Positions 1 through 12,600 of a stretch of 64,000 nt of DNA are shown piece after piece. The notes below the pieces were generated by a model. That model ran no database searches. It was not told the DNA's origin and saw only the letters and a list, made by a program, of their open reading frames with translations. Made by a program: the position numbers and the translations under genes. Source of the stretch: Callorhinchus milii (Eukaryota); contig NW_024704747.1 in assembly GCF_018977255.1 (NCBI RefSeq), positions 16,678,001-16,742,000 of the forward strand. The letters are read 5' to 3'. Each line of letters starts with the position of its first letter. The first letter of the stretch is position 1.

Positions 1-680
1 CTGCGAATCAAACCCAGGTCCTCTCGCTTGTGAGGCGAGGGTACCAACACACTGTAACTTTGCAGTGTGTTGGCACGATCAGCGATGGTGCGATTCGAGA
101 GCACACAGAGGCTGACACTTAAGTGCACACGCACGCAGGGATGCTCGCACGCAGGCACATACACAAACAGACACAGCTGAATACAGAAGTGCCGAGCACA
201 GACCTCTGCTGGAAAAGGAACTGGCATTTTCATAGTATCTTTAAACACCTCCGAGTATTTTGTGACTGTCAAGTGTAGGGGCTTGTTTTACAGATAAAGT
301 GACAGCAAAGTGTGATTGATCCATTTTATCAGGAGGATTGCTCGCCAGGTTAGGGGGCGAGGGTACTTCTTACTCCTTCCATTTTTTGGTTAATGTCAAG
401 GGATCTTTCACATCCACCTGTTTAACATCTCAAATAAATACTAACGTATTTAGCCTGTGCTCTTGGTAATGGAGCCAGTATTTAAGTCTGTGCCCTTGGC
501 TTGCCTTTAGCTTGCGTTTATGCCCATCGTTTGGGGAATCGAGACCAGGAGGCTCATGGTTATTACTATGACGGTGAGGGAGAAGATTAGAACCCCTTAT
601 TTTTACTCAGATGCTTGTTAGGATCTGGAACGTGTTACTATAAGTGGTGGCTGAAGCCAAGTAATTACGTCCATTGTGCA

Positions 681-1064
681 TCAGCTTGGCTCAGTGGTGG
701 CGCTCTCGCCTCTGAGTCAGAAAGTTGTGAGTTCAAATCCCACGTCGGGAATCGGCATCACATAGTCGAAGCTGACGCTCTAATGCGGTGCTGCGGCTGT
801 GTTGCATTGCCGGAGATGCTGTCTTTCGGATGGGATGTTAAACCGAGGGCCTGTCTGGCAGTTCAACTGACATTAAAGATACCACGGCAGTATTTGAAAA
901 GAGAAGGGAGTTTCTCCTGGTGTCCTGGCCAATTGTGCTGCCACATTTGCCTACAAATATACACTCCATTTTGCCATAAATCCTGTGAAGCGCTTTGAGA
1001 CGTCCTTCCGACGTGATGAGGTGCTATATCAAATGCAAGGATTATTGTTATTATTATTATTTTT
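681..1064 (+). mobile_element. tRNA-derived Deu-domain SINE (SacSINE1/AmnSINE-like), near full length
   Basis: Pol III A/B-box head (TGGCTCAGTGG...GAGTTCAAATCC), Deu-like core GGATGGGATGTTAAACCGAGG, L2-like tail AAGCGCTTTGAGACG...AAATGCAAGG(ATT)n; many other copies in the window. Confidence 0.8.
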
Positions 1065-2418
1065 AGAGGGAATTGGGGAAGGCACTTGAAGAATGAAGAT
1101 CTGAAAGAGTTTTGAGGGGAAATGGGCAACTCCTGACGTTCTAGTAATGAATGTGATGGTCTGTCCAGCTGATTGGGGGTTGTGGGTGTGGGGGGGAGTT
1201 GGGTGTGGATGAGAGACTGAGAGCCTTCTCTCCCGTTTGCCTTTCATTTAAAACAAAGGCATTTATTTTACAGAGTTTGCGTTCCACTAATAATACGTAC
1301 AGCCCTCAGTTAAGCTGTAGCTAAACTTTTACTGGAGAAAGCGTGGGTCTGCCTTTAACAGAAGAGAGTCTTGTTATATTAAATCTGTGCGTTTGACACG
1401 GCGCTTAATGTCTTGATTCACCGGGAATTCACAGGGAATTGTTAGTGAGCATAGTGACTGTTTATTTGTTGGCAAATATTTTATACAAAGTAAAGTTTCA
1501 CACTCCAGTGCAGGGTTGGGGGAGTACTGCATGGTTGGAGGTGTTGTCCTTCAGATGAGATGTTCCACAGAGGTCCAGTCTTCTTGTTCAGGTGTTCGTT
1601 TAAGATCCTGTGGTACTTCAAAAAGAGAAAGAAATCTCTCCCCGTGTCCTGGCCAATAATATCCCAGGTAGAATTGATCATTCACTTCACGGCTGTTTGT
1701 TGGTCGTTACTATATGGAAATTGGCTGCCTGGTTTGCCTATAAAATTATGCAGGCTATACAAAATTTCCCTTCAGTTTAGAGTCACAGATATAATAAACA
1801 GCAGTCAGGTAAAGGCTGAGAGAGAGAGAGAACGAGGGTTGATTTAGGTTTTGTTACTCTGGAGCAGGTAATGGTCATTTCTGGTCCTTTACATTGCTGT
1901 GTAAGATTGCTAAGCTGAGGTGATGCCTCTCCATGGGATGGGGGGAGAGCCTGTCATCTCTCCTGAGTGACCTTTGCTTGTGCTGACAGTGCGTTTGCAG
2001 GTAATGAGTAACCAAAGCGCCCATCCCCACACCCTCTCCCGGCACCTTTTGTGCTCAGTCTTTGATTGCCGTGTATGTAAAGACAGGCTTGGAGAAAGTG
2101 CGGACAGCTGCTGGCGACTCACAGGAACGCTAAATATAGCGAGGGCTCAGGGGGCACTGGTGTGGAGAGACCGGGGGCAGCACGTGCAACACCACCTGGC
2201 GATGAATACTCTGACTGTCCTGGCTCCCAGAACCTCGGCCTCCTGTCGGGAGAACACGTCAGTGATCTGGAGTCGCTACTTCATGAGTTAGGTCAAGAGA
2301 ATCCCCCCATCCACCCTCCCCTCATCATCTGATACCTGAAACCCCTTCGCAGTATGGAGCAGAGCAGCTTTTCACTCGCAGACAGGGATTTGGTGAGCGA
2401 CTGGTTAACCAGCGTGAG

Positions 2419-2419
2419 A

Positions 2420-2451
<32 letters not shown>

Positions 2452-2902
2452 AAGCGAATGTTCGTGTGTGTGTGTGTGTGAGACAGTAAGTTAGAAAAAG
2501 CAGTAGTAGTGTGAAATATTGGTATGTGCGTGAGAGAGAGAGTGTATATATGCTGTGTGTGTGTATATATGTGTGTGTGAGAGAGAGCAACAGTGTGAAA
2601 AGGCATCAATAGTGTGAAATATCGGTGTTTCAGTGGTAGAATTCTGGCTTGGATGCGAGAAATCCAGGTTTGATTTCCGGCAAAATTAAGCTTGTGTGGT
2701 GTTTTAAACGCCGGCATGGACTAGATGGGCTGAATAGCCTGTTTCCGTGCTGCGTAATGTATATATAAGGCAGCCTCTATGTAAGAGAGAGTGTGCGGGA
2801 AAGATGGTGTGTGTATGTGTGTGGATGTGTAGGCATGAGTGTGTATACACATGTTTGCGCATGCAAGTGATTGTGTGTACATATGTGTGTACATACGTGC
2901 TC
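2419..2902. repeat. (GT)n/(GA)n microsatellite and low-complexity tract flanking the gap
   Basis: Pure (GT)n at ~2420-2443 followed by degenerate GT/AT repeats up to the N run. Confidence 0.9.
2619..2688 (+). pseudogene. degenerate tRNA-Gly-like sequence (pseudogene or SINE head)
   Basis: ATCGGTGTTTCAGTGGTAGAATTCTGGCTTGGATGCGAGAAATCCAGGTTTGATTTCCGG aligns by eye to vertebrate tRNA-Gly(GCC) (TTCAGTGGTAGAATTCT...GGTTCGATTCCCGG); anticodon arm and T-loop are mutated. Confidence 0.6.
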
Positions 2903-3475
2903 NNNNNNNNNNNNNNNNNNNNNNNNNNNNNNNNNNNNNNNNNNNNNNNNNNNNNNNNNNNNNNNNNNNNNNNNNNNNNNNNNNNNNNNNNNNNNNNNNN
3001 NNNNNNNNNNNNNNNNNNNNNNNNNNNNNNNNNNNNNNNNNNNNNNNNNNNNNNNNNNNNNNNNNNNNNNNNNNNNNNNNNNNNNNNNNNNNNNNNNNNN
3101 NNNNNNNNNNNNNNNNNNNNNNNNNNNNNNNNNNNNNNNNNNNNNNNNNNNNNNNNNNNNNNNNNNNNNNNNNNNNNNNNNNNNNNNNNNNNNNNNNNNN
3201 NNNNNNNNNNNNNNNNNNNNNNNNNNNNNNNNNNNNNNNNNNNNNNNNNNNNNNNNNNNNNNNNNNNNNNNNNNNNNNNNNNNNNNNNNNNNNNNNNNNN
3301 NNNNNNNNNNNNNNNNNNNNNNNNNNNNNNNNNNNNNNNNNNNNNNNNNNNNNNNNNNNNNNNNNNNNNNNNNNNNNNNNNNNNNNNNNNNNNNNNNNNN
3401 NNNNNNNNNNNNNNNNNNNNNNNNNNNNNNNNNNNNNNNNNNNNNNNNNNNNNNNNNNNNNNNNNNNNNNNNNNN
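2903..3475. other. assembly gap (573 N)
   Basis: Run of N. Confidence 1.
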
Positions 3476-3502
3476 TCCCGGCCACCACAGCTAAGTCACA
3501 AT

Positions 3503-3650
3503 TTATATTCGTAGTCTGTCTGATCTGATGTGATTCCTGATTTATAATCCTTTAGCTGCTCCCATTCCCTCTGCCTTATATTCGTAGTCTGTCTGATCTG
3601 ATGTGATTCCTGATTTATAATCCTTTAGCTGCTCCCATTCCCTCTGCCTT
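3503..3650. repeat. perfect 73-bp tandem duplication
   Basis: TTATATTCGTAGTC...CCCTCTGCC occurs at 3503 and again at 3576. Confidence 0.9.
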
Positions 3651-4510
3651 CCCCACGCGACTAGGACAGTCTGGCTGTATCTAGGCCTGTGTTGGTAAAT
3701 AACCTGGATTGGTGGACTGGAGTCTGTGCTCGTCTGTGTTGTAGCAGTATGTGTGTGCGCGGGGTGTGTGTGTGTGTGCAGGAGCTGACCAGCTGGGAGC
3801 ATGTTGGTTGGGGAGAGGAAGGTTTACTTTGGGCCTCACTGTGCTACCTGAGAGTAACACCATTTGGAGAAGGTTGGACCTTGGCCAATACCAGTCCAAG
3901 ACAATCTTTATAGTGGTGAATCAGTCAGCTGATGCATCAATGAAGCATGCAGGTATCTGAATTAGTGTGAATTGCCAGGCACATAATAATTATAATAATA
4001 ATCATCATAAATAATAATGATGATAGTAATTATTGCATTTGATTTAGCACCTATAACATTGAAATGTCTCAAAGCATTTCATAGGATGTTCAGTAAACTG
4101 TATTTTGTGGGCAAACAAAGCAGCCAATTTCACACCACATTCCACAAACAGCCATGAAATGAAGAAACAATTTTATTTGGAAGAATTGTTGGCCAGGCAC
4201 CAGGAGAAACTCCCTTCTCTTGAATTGTACCTGAACCTTGGTTTAACGTCTTATTCAAGGTTGGCACCTTATCAGCCTGGATTGGTCAGTGGTCAGTCTG
4301 GATATTGGGAACAATCCTGTTTGTGATGTGTTTTAAAAAGGAATTTCAGGGACTGGGATCAGGTAACTTCACACAGAGCAATGAAACTTCCAATGTGGCT
4401 GGTCTGTATGACTCAGTGCAATTCATTAAGGTGCATTGTATTATAATAACAACAATAATAATACAACAACTTGCACTTATTCTACACAGGGTAGAGACTC
4501 AGAGTGCTTG

Positions 4511-4861
4511 TAATATTAATATTATAATAATCCTTGCATTTGATGTAGTGCGTTATCATGTTGAGATGTCTCAAAGCACTCCACAGAATATACATTAAAA
4601 TATATTTATTGGGGGTGAAAAGTGCGAGCCAATTGTGCACTGCAGTATCCTACAAACAGTCGTGGATTGATTGACCAAATTATTATTTTTTTAAGGGATT
4701 ATTCCCCCCAGAAAGCCTTCCTTCCACCAATCAAGTAACAACCAGGTTCCTACTGACTGCGAGGTAAACTGAGGCATGTGGAGTAAGGAAACTTGCCAAA
4801 GAATTGAACCCATGTCCTCTCGCTTGCGAGGCAAATGTTCGAACCTAAATGCTAAGGACTC
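4511..4861 (-). mobile_element. second tRNA-derived SINE family (Ala-like head), long variant
   Basis: Reverse strand reads GAGTCC..TAGC head, CTCGCAAGCGAGAGG, GGCAAGTTTCCTTACTCCAC, central segment, and the shared L2-like tail with (ATT)n. Confidence 0.75.
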
Positions 4862-5789
4862 CGGGGTTTTCTTCCTGAACCAAATAGGGAGTCCAGTTTC
4901 GGCTTGAATTTGTGTGTTTGTATTGAATACACAGCTCCTGAGATTGTGTTGGTCTGAAGCTCAAGCACTGGGTTATATGTTAATGGACTGAGGATAATGA
5001 GGGAGGAAGTGTTTAAAGCTGCCCATCTGGTGCCTCTAATTGATCTGAAACAACACTGTGCTCCCTTTCCGCTAAACTTCCTTTGTTGATATGAGACGAC
5101 CAGGGTAAGCCTAGCCCTTTCCTGCCCAGATTTCAAATGTAAAATTCATCCTTGTCTCGGTTTTCAAATCTTTCCACAGACTCACTCCACCCTGTCTGCC
5201 TTCACACCCACCCAACCCCATCCCGCACCCTCTGCTCTCCTGTCTCTCCTGCTTGTGTCCCTCTCCCTCAACACTGCTCCCACTTTCCAGAGACGTTGGA
5301 AGAGAGACCCTGGACATCACTCTCTGTGTCTTTAGATCCCCCGCGTGCACTGCCCCCCCCCCCCCCCCCAGTGTGTCTGACTATCTTCCGACAAGAGGAG
5401 AATATTAGTCCAGCAACATGGCTGACGTTGTGACAGGAGCTCGTTTTGTCCTGCCGCATCGAGGGTCTGGCACTGAATGGATTTGTCTCATTTCCCTCCT
5501 CGGTCGGCACTGATGAATCACAGTAAACCCTCGTGGCTAATCCTGTAATGCAGACTGATATAGAAAGGCAGTATCTCCCGGATTACACCAGATTGAGTGT
5601 TTCCAGTTTAAGCGGGATTAGCGATGCCAATCTGATTTGCCCCCCCGCCCCCTCCGGAGCTGCTTTCTCTCCACGGCCTTCACCGTGTTCCCATCCACGG
5701 CTAAAATTACATGGTCGGCAGGAATGGGGTTGTTGGGGGGGGAATTCAGAGATATAAAGATGAGCCAACAATGGCTTGTGTTCATCTTG

Positions 5790-6128
5790 CACCTCTGGGG
5801 AACAGACTCCCTAGGGAAACGGTGGAAGCAGAAAGTGTTGATTCATTCAAATACAAATTAGATCGATTTCTTTTAGAAAATAATATTTGGGAGATACAAT
5901 ATATGCGTGATTTGAGACGTAACGTATACTATGTGTGGTATGATTGGAAGAACTAGGCAACTGTGGATCTAAGGTTCACAAAGCTTTCCACTCTGTTGTA
6001 GACTAATCCATACAGAATTAATTGCTATCGACATCTCTGTTATTGTAGCATGCGACTACCAGGGTGGTAAAAGGTGAACCAGATGGACCTTGGTCATTTT
6101 CTCGTCTAGTAATTCCAATGTTCCTACG
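5790..6128 (+). mobile_element. CR1-like LINE 3' end
   Basis: Encodes LPRETVEAESVDSFKYKLDRFL (CR1 ORF2 C-terminus) followed by a 3'UTR; an inverted copy of the tail lies at ~18505-18595. Confidence 0.7.
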
Positions 6129-7871
6129 TGGCATGAATTGTCTTAAAGAGTTTCAGGGAGACGATGGGGAAACATGAGAGGAAATTAAAAAGCAGAAGGT
6201 GATGGTCAAAGACCTGGTCATAGAGGATTTCAAAAGTCTAGGGAGGGAGGGGAATAATAATCCTTGCATTTGATGCAGTGCCTTTCACATCATCTAGAAG
6301 TCTCAAAGCACTTCACAGGATACACCATAAAGTGTAGTGACTGTATATTTTGTGAGCAAAACGTGGCAGCCAGTTTGCGCATAGTAATGTCCAACGAACA
6401 GCCATAGGGTGAGTGACTGATTTTATTTGGGAGATTGGTGTTAGAGTATTGTGTTAGAATGCCAAGGGCAGAGGCACCAGCTTCCCCCAGAACCTGCGTC
6501 GCCCACACCCTTCCCCATCGTATGATTAGTTTCTTGAGAAATTCAATGCACCAGCCGAACTCAGGCACATCCTGTCCCACATCCTCCCTCTGAACATGGT
6601 GAAGTCATCAACAGCCTCACGCTCGCTCACTCACTTGCTCTCTCTCTCTCTCTCTCTCACCTCCCCAACACTATTTCTCTTCCCCTTCCTCCCTTGCAAT
6701 CTCTCACTCTCTTTTTCTGGCTCTTTCTGTCTGTCTCACATACTTTCTCTCTCCCTTTCTCCTTTGTCACGCAGACTTTTTTTGTTCCGTCTCTCGCTCC
6801 TCTCTCCCATACACTTTTTTCCATTATCTCTTTCTCACACACACTGTCTTTTCTCCACCTCTTTCTCTCTCGCTCCTGAGCTGAACGAGATTCCAGTGAG
6901 TCCTTCAGATTTGACCCTCTCTTGTATACTGTGCAATGAAAGCCGTACGTCTATCGGAAAGTGCAGAAGGTCATAACTGAGGGTGTTTCTAGTCTGACAT
7001 TGTGAGTTTTAACGTAAGCTGAAAATGCATGACAGGATATAATATAATATTAATCTTTGCATTTGATATAGTGTTTTAACACGTCATTAAGACAGAATAA
7101 TACGTCACAGAATATACTGTAAAGTGAAATGACTGTAAATTTCGTGGCGAAAAAGATATAGACTGGCCAATGAGGAGCTGCTCATGCCTCTGCTCCAACC
7201 AAAAACAAATTGCATTTTAATAACCTCTTTCATGTCAGGATGACGTCCCAAGGCACTGGACGAGGGTTTGCTCCTGAGCTGGGCATTGGAGTCAAAGCTC
7301 TTAAAACTCTTCATAGGATATACAGTAGTGTAGTGACTGTCTGTTTTGTAGGTGAACGCAGAATCCTGAATGTCCATTCATTGGATGGTGGACACGTTTT
7401 GTAATATAAAGTACTCAAGCTGTGCTCTTGCGATGCGCTTTGACCTGGCACGTCTTGGCTGCTCGAATATCCATTCAGTATAGACAGCTGGACAGACACG
7501 AGGAGGGGATGGAGGGAGTATGGCTGTGCCCAACACAGCATGAGCGGCCTGAGCTGCTGGCACTTTGAACGACATGCAACGACATGCACGACACCTGTCG
7601 GGGAGAGATGCACGTGTTCAGGTGTGGTGCTGAAAAAGATCAGTGAATCTCAGGGGCTGCCTTAGAATACAACAGGACCTTGTTAGCACCTCAGTAATGA
7701 GGGCAGCACATTATTTAGGACACTTTCTGACTACGTTTAAATTCAACCCAAATTTCGCCTACAAATGACAGTCAGAACACCTTTATGATATATTTTGTTA
7801 AATGCTTTGAGACATCTTCCTCATCTGAAAGGCCCTATATCCCTAAATCCCAGACTGACGAGTAAGAGCTG

Positions 7872-8246
7872 AATAATAATAATCCTTGCGTATGATATAG
7901 CGCCTTATCATGTCGTTGCAATGTCTCATAGCGCTTCACAAAGTATATTGTAAAGTTGATTGTTTGTGGGTGAAATACAGCAGCCAATTGCGGACAGCAG
8001 AGTGCCAGAAACAGTCATGGATTGAGTTACCACATTTTTTTGGAGAGATTATTCCTCCTGGAAAGCGATCCGCCAATTGACAAAAAAAAAGGTTCCTACT
8101 TACTGCTAGGTAAACAGAGCCATGTGAAGTAAGGAAACTTGTCTAAGGTTTTGCCTCGCCTCGTCCCACAAACAGTCATGGAGTTTGTGACCAATTTTAT
8201 TTGGGGTCCTCTCGCTTGCGAGGTGAGTGCTTGAACCACTACGCTA
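7872..8246 (-). mobile_element. tRNA-derived SINE (Ala-like family), rearranged long variant
   Basis: AATAATAATCCTTGC tail, GTAAGGAAACTTG and CTCTCGCTTGCGAGG motifs. Confidence 0.7.
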
Positions 8247-8640
8247 TTCCCTTGAGTTTAGAAAGTTGAGGTGTGATTTGATTGAGGTATTTAAGATGAT
8301 AAAGGGATTTGATAAGGTAGATACAGAGAAGCTATTTCCTCTGGTGGGGGTGTCCCAAAAAAGGGGCATAGTCTTAAAATTAGGACCAGGCCATTTAAGA
8401 GTGAAATCAGGAAGCATTTTTTCAATCAAAGGGTAGTAGAAATCTGGAATTCTCTCCCCCAAAAGGCCGTGGATGCTGGATCCATCCACATCTTCAAGAG
8501 TGAGGTTGATAGATTTTTGGTAGGTCAGGGTATTAACAGATATGGAGAGATAGCGGGAAATCGGAATTGAAAGGATTAGTTGAGGTACAGTTCAGCCATA
8601 ATCTAATTAAATGACAGAATAGGCTTGAAGGTTCCTATGT
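8247..8640 (+). mobile_element. CR1 LINE 3' fragment
   Basis: Translates SLEFRKLRCDLIEVFKMIKGFDKVDTEKLFPLVG, the typical CR1 ORF2 C-terminus; WNSLP motif; 3'UTR. Confidence 0.85.
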
Positions 8641-8982
8641 ACAGCACATAGGTCAGTGGTGAGTCTCTCTCCCCCCACTGCACTTTTGAGTGTTTTAGTG
8701 CTCAGCGGTTTCTTCTAAGACAGCATCCCTTGGGAAACTAACCTTTTTAAGAAGCGAAGCTCCCTTCCAGAATTTTCTGTCTTATGTTCGGCACTGAGGG
8801 TTTGCGGGAAAGTTCAAAGCTGAACAGAGAGAGGGCAGCTTTTTTTTCTACAAAAAAGAGTGCAGGAAAAATATACTGCAGCAAAGGAAGTTTCAGAATT
8901 TTCTGTGAATTAAGTAATTTGTCTTTTGTTGGTGTTGACAGTCCTTGTGCTGTGAGCTGGCTTTAATAATGATAATACAGAA

Positions 8983-9683
8983 ATAATAATCCTTGCATTT
9001 GATATAGTGCCTTATCACGTCCTTGAGAAGTCTCAAAACACTTCACAGGATATACTGTAAATTACAGTGACTGTGTAGTTTGTGGGTGAAACTGGGTAGC
9101 TGGTATGTGCACAGCAATGTCCCACAAACAGCCATGGAGTTCGTGACCAATTTTATTTGGGGGATAGTTGGCCAGAACATTATTCAAATGGCTTCCTCGC
9201 CAGTCTCCCCAGTTCCATCATCCTCAAAATCCAGCTGATCCAAAACTCCGCCGTCTGCATACTCACCTGTACTAAACTCCGTACCCCCGGAGTTGTTGTG
9301 ATTATTCCTTTCCCCTTCCCCTCCCGTCCCTTCTCCCCCCCCTGACCCCTGCTCAGGTCTGAAATGCTGTACACTGTCCAGCGCCTTGGGACTTCCTCCG
9401 AACGTGAAAGGCGCTATACAAATGTAATCTTGTTGTTGTTGCTGTTGTTGACTCCGGGAGAAACTCCCTTCTCTGCTCGAATAACGCCATGGGATCTTTA
9501 ACATCCATGTAAACAGGCAGATGGGACCTCGGTTTAATGTCTTATCCGAATGATGGCACCTCTGACATTGCAGCACACCCCAGCACAGCTTTACACTATA
9601 TGTTTCCAAGTCCTGACTTGGGGCTTGAACCTACAACCTTCTGACTCAGAGGGGAGAGTGCTACCACTGAGCCAGGCTGACAC
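8983..9683 (-). mobile_element. Deu-SINE interrupted by an L2 fragment (9181-9450, + strand)
   Basis: SINE halves join at GTTGGCCAGAACA / CCGGGAGAAACTCCC; the insert encodes YSNGFLASLPSSIILKIQLIQNSA (L2 ORF2) and has an L2 tail ending in (TTG)n. Confidence 0.75.
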
Positions 9684-12600
9684 GTTGTGCTGCGAACTTG
9701 AGCACCGCAGTTATCTGCTGGGTGATTGGAGGGAAAGTTGACCAGGATTTAATTGACTGATGAGCAACTACAGTGAGCGGAATTGTTCAGTAAAGGGTAC
9801 TCACTGTTATCATTCACTTTATCTTCCCACCAGCACTGCTTGCTGCCAAAGGCAGAGGCACAGCAGTGAGTTTGCATGTGAGGCCTTGCTGGCAGACAGT
9901 CCAACGTTAATGCTGCATGGTACCAAGTTTGACCCAAGAGCTTAGACACCACTTTCTGCTTGAGACCATTAACACATTCAGAGCGTGACTGAGAGTCACT
10001 AATAGCTGATTAATGGGATTTAAGCAAAGGTTCAGAAGGATCCAAGGTTACATTACTCCACATTACTGAAGTCTATGGCTGCTCAAAAGAAATGTTTATA
10101 TAACCAAAGCAGCTTGTGCTTGACCGGAATTTAGTGGTGCACAAATGGGATTAAACTTGTTCGTGACTCGCTCCGAGAGTGCAAAACACACGCTCTCTGT
10201 GTGAGTGTCTGCACAGACGGGGACCAACCTCTGGCTATGGAATAATGCAAACACGGGGGAGTCTCATGTCCCAAGGACCCACTTTTTCCGGGATTCGGTT
10301 TATCAGTGATCAGTAGAGCACATGATCACGGGATTGAGGAGTGACTTGCACTGAGCACACATGCTTTGGTACAGTAAGTAATAATAATAATCCTTGTATT
10401 TGATACAGCACTTTATGTTGTTAAAACATCTCAAAGCACTTCACAAGATTTACTGTAAAGTGCAGTGACTGTGTTTTGTGGGTAACGTGGCAACCAATTT
10501 GCGTACAATTCTGTGTCCCAAAAACAGAAATGTGAATGACTGATTTTATTTGGGAGATTGTTGGCCAGGACGCCAGCAGAAACTCTTTTCTCTTTTCGAA
10601 TAGAGCCATAGGATCTTTAACGGCCTCCTGAACAGGCAAATGGGACCTCGGTGTAACATCTTATCCAAAGGACGATACCTCTGACAATGCAGCAACCTCT
10701 TCCTCCCACCCCCCCATAACACTTTAACAAGGGGATTAGATTCTCAGATAATGGATTGCAAATTAATAGGCCCCTTGTGGAGGGACCTGTGTGGTTTGGA
10801 TTGTATTATATGACACTGAGATTTGCTGGTAAACACGGATTTACTCATACTTACCTTGCAGCTGTCACAGGCTTTCAACACTGTAAATCTGATCTTTTGA
10901 ACTATCAGAAGTTCTTCCGCTGGGTGGGGTGGTGGGGATTCTTATAAGAACACCCCCACCCCCCAACCTACACGGATTAATCAATACACTGATTACCTAG
11001 TGCTGTGTTGAAGATCCTAGGTTCAGAGTCGGGCTGGAACTGAGTTAGCTGATCTCAACCATGGAGGTGGAATAGATATAGTGAGAGCTCTACATACGTG
11101 CGTCACCTCCACATGGAACTTTCCCTGTGTTTGAAATGCACTGTACAATCTCTCCCTGGAGGGATTCATCCTGTTTATCTAATTTCTGGAGACTATTGGG
11201 TGAAAGTTGGACCCCAAAGTGTGCGTTGGGGCACTGCTGGAATCTAACCAGCTAAAACCACATAGCTTGCCATTGAAAGCTTCCGCTGCTTGTTCAGCTT
11301 ATAGGGTTAATAGGAACTGAGTAGGAAAAGTCCCTGCTCTAAGTGACTAATATGCAGTTCCGAGTCCTGCTGAGGCTGTCCGTGCTTCCTTCAGCAGTGC
11401 TTTGGAATACTGCGGACCCGCCTCGCCCAGAAGCTGGTCTACCAAGACAGCTACAGAGGGCTGACTCGTTCCGACATTCCATTGCCAGGAATGTCACCTT
11501 GGAGCCAGTTCAGCTCCAAGGAAACCCCACTTACCTCCTTCCCAAGGAGCATAAATCCTGTGAAGAGACCCCCTGACCTGAAAGAATTGTTATTAAGTCC
11601 TTAACTGGGAGGATGCTGTATGTTGGTGGTCCCAAGGTCACATTTCCAAGAAAAATGTATCCGATTCGAAAAGTTGCCACCTTCACCAACCTGTTTCAAA
11701 CATCCTTCTCTTTATTGTTGGCACTCGAGCCGATTGAATGACTGACATTCCTGAGGGCCAGTCACCTGTGACCCTCCGGGAAGGAGGGAAGGAGGAACCG
11801 AGGGAGGGAGGTTGATCCTCGGTTTAGGTTTCAGCTCACTCCACACTCGGGGAAACAGATGATCACAATGCAGGTGGTTTGAAGCTCATGTACAGTGAGA
11901 GGCTGGTACCGTTTCCAACTTCAACACAGAGCCAAGCTGACTCCTTCTCACATTCTCCCATCTGAGTCGGGCTGCCTCTCTATGTTCGGAGCTGCAATCA
12001 GTAGGAAGGTGGGAACTAAACTTTAAAGTGGGACTCTGCTCTAAGCAGGCTTCAGAGGCTGATTTGTTTAAAGATGACTAGTTCCGAACTCATTTGATTA
12101 TGAAATTAGCAGTGGATTAACATGGTGATTCATGACTGACAAATAATGGCAGACGCATGAGTAAGGCTTGTAAATCAGGGAGAAATCTCAACCGTGTCTG
12201 CGTTTACTGTGTTAACATAGTACAAGGTGATCAAAAAGTTGTGATACCATTAAAATGTCTAATAAGTCTTAAAGAAATGATGATATTTTTGTTTGTTTTT
12301 AGATAATAGGGTAGTTATCACGACTTTTTGGTCACCCTGAATTACAGAGCGCCCAGAATTTAAACGGTTTCTGAATTAAGTCTGTGTTAAAGAACTTGGT
12401 GTGGTGTGGATTTCTCCCCATTAGTTTTATACACACCCTCGATGTTTAGTTCACTTGATTATGACAAAAGTGCCTTTGTTCTGTTCATTGTAATGGTAGT
12501 CAGGACTGTCCAGACTAATTGGACAGAATGACCTGTCAAGTGAACCATCTCGTTTCAAAGGTTTTCCACTAGTGATAGAGCCACCGATCACTGCTGAATG

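Noticed and set aside
681-760. SINE heads as functional tRNA genes
   Set aside because: A/B boxes only, no intact cloverleaf, and they continue into SINE bodies
2721-3528. Long ORFs of 207-255 aa
   Set aside because: They are made of X residues from the N gap
11859-11880. Possible alternative first exon ATGATCACAATGCAG|GTGGTT (MITMQ, phase 0)
   Set aside because: Weak donor, no similarity to known LRRFIP1 first exons, no promoter evidence
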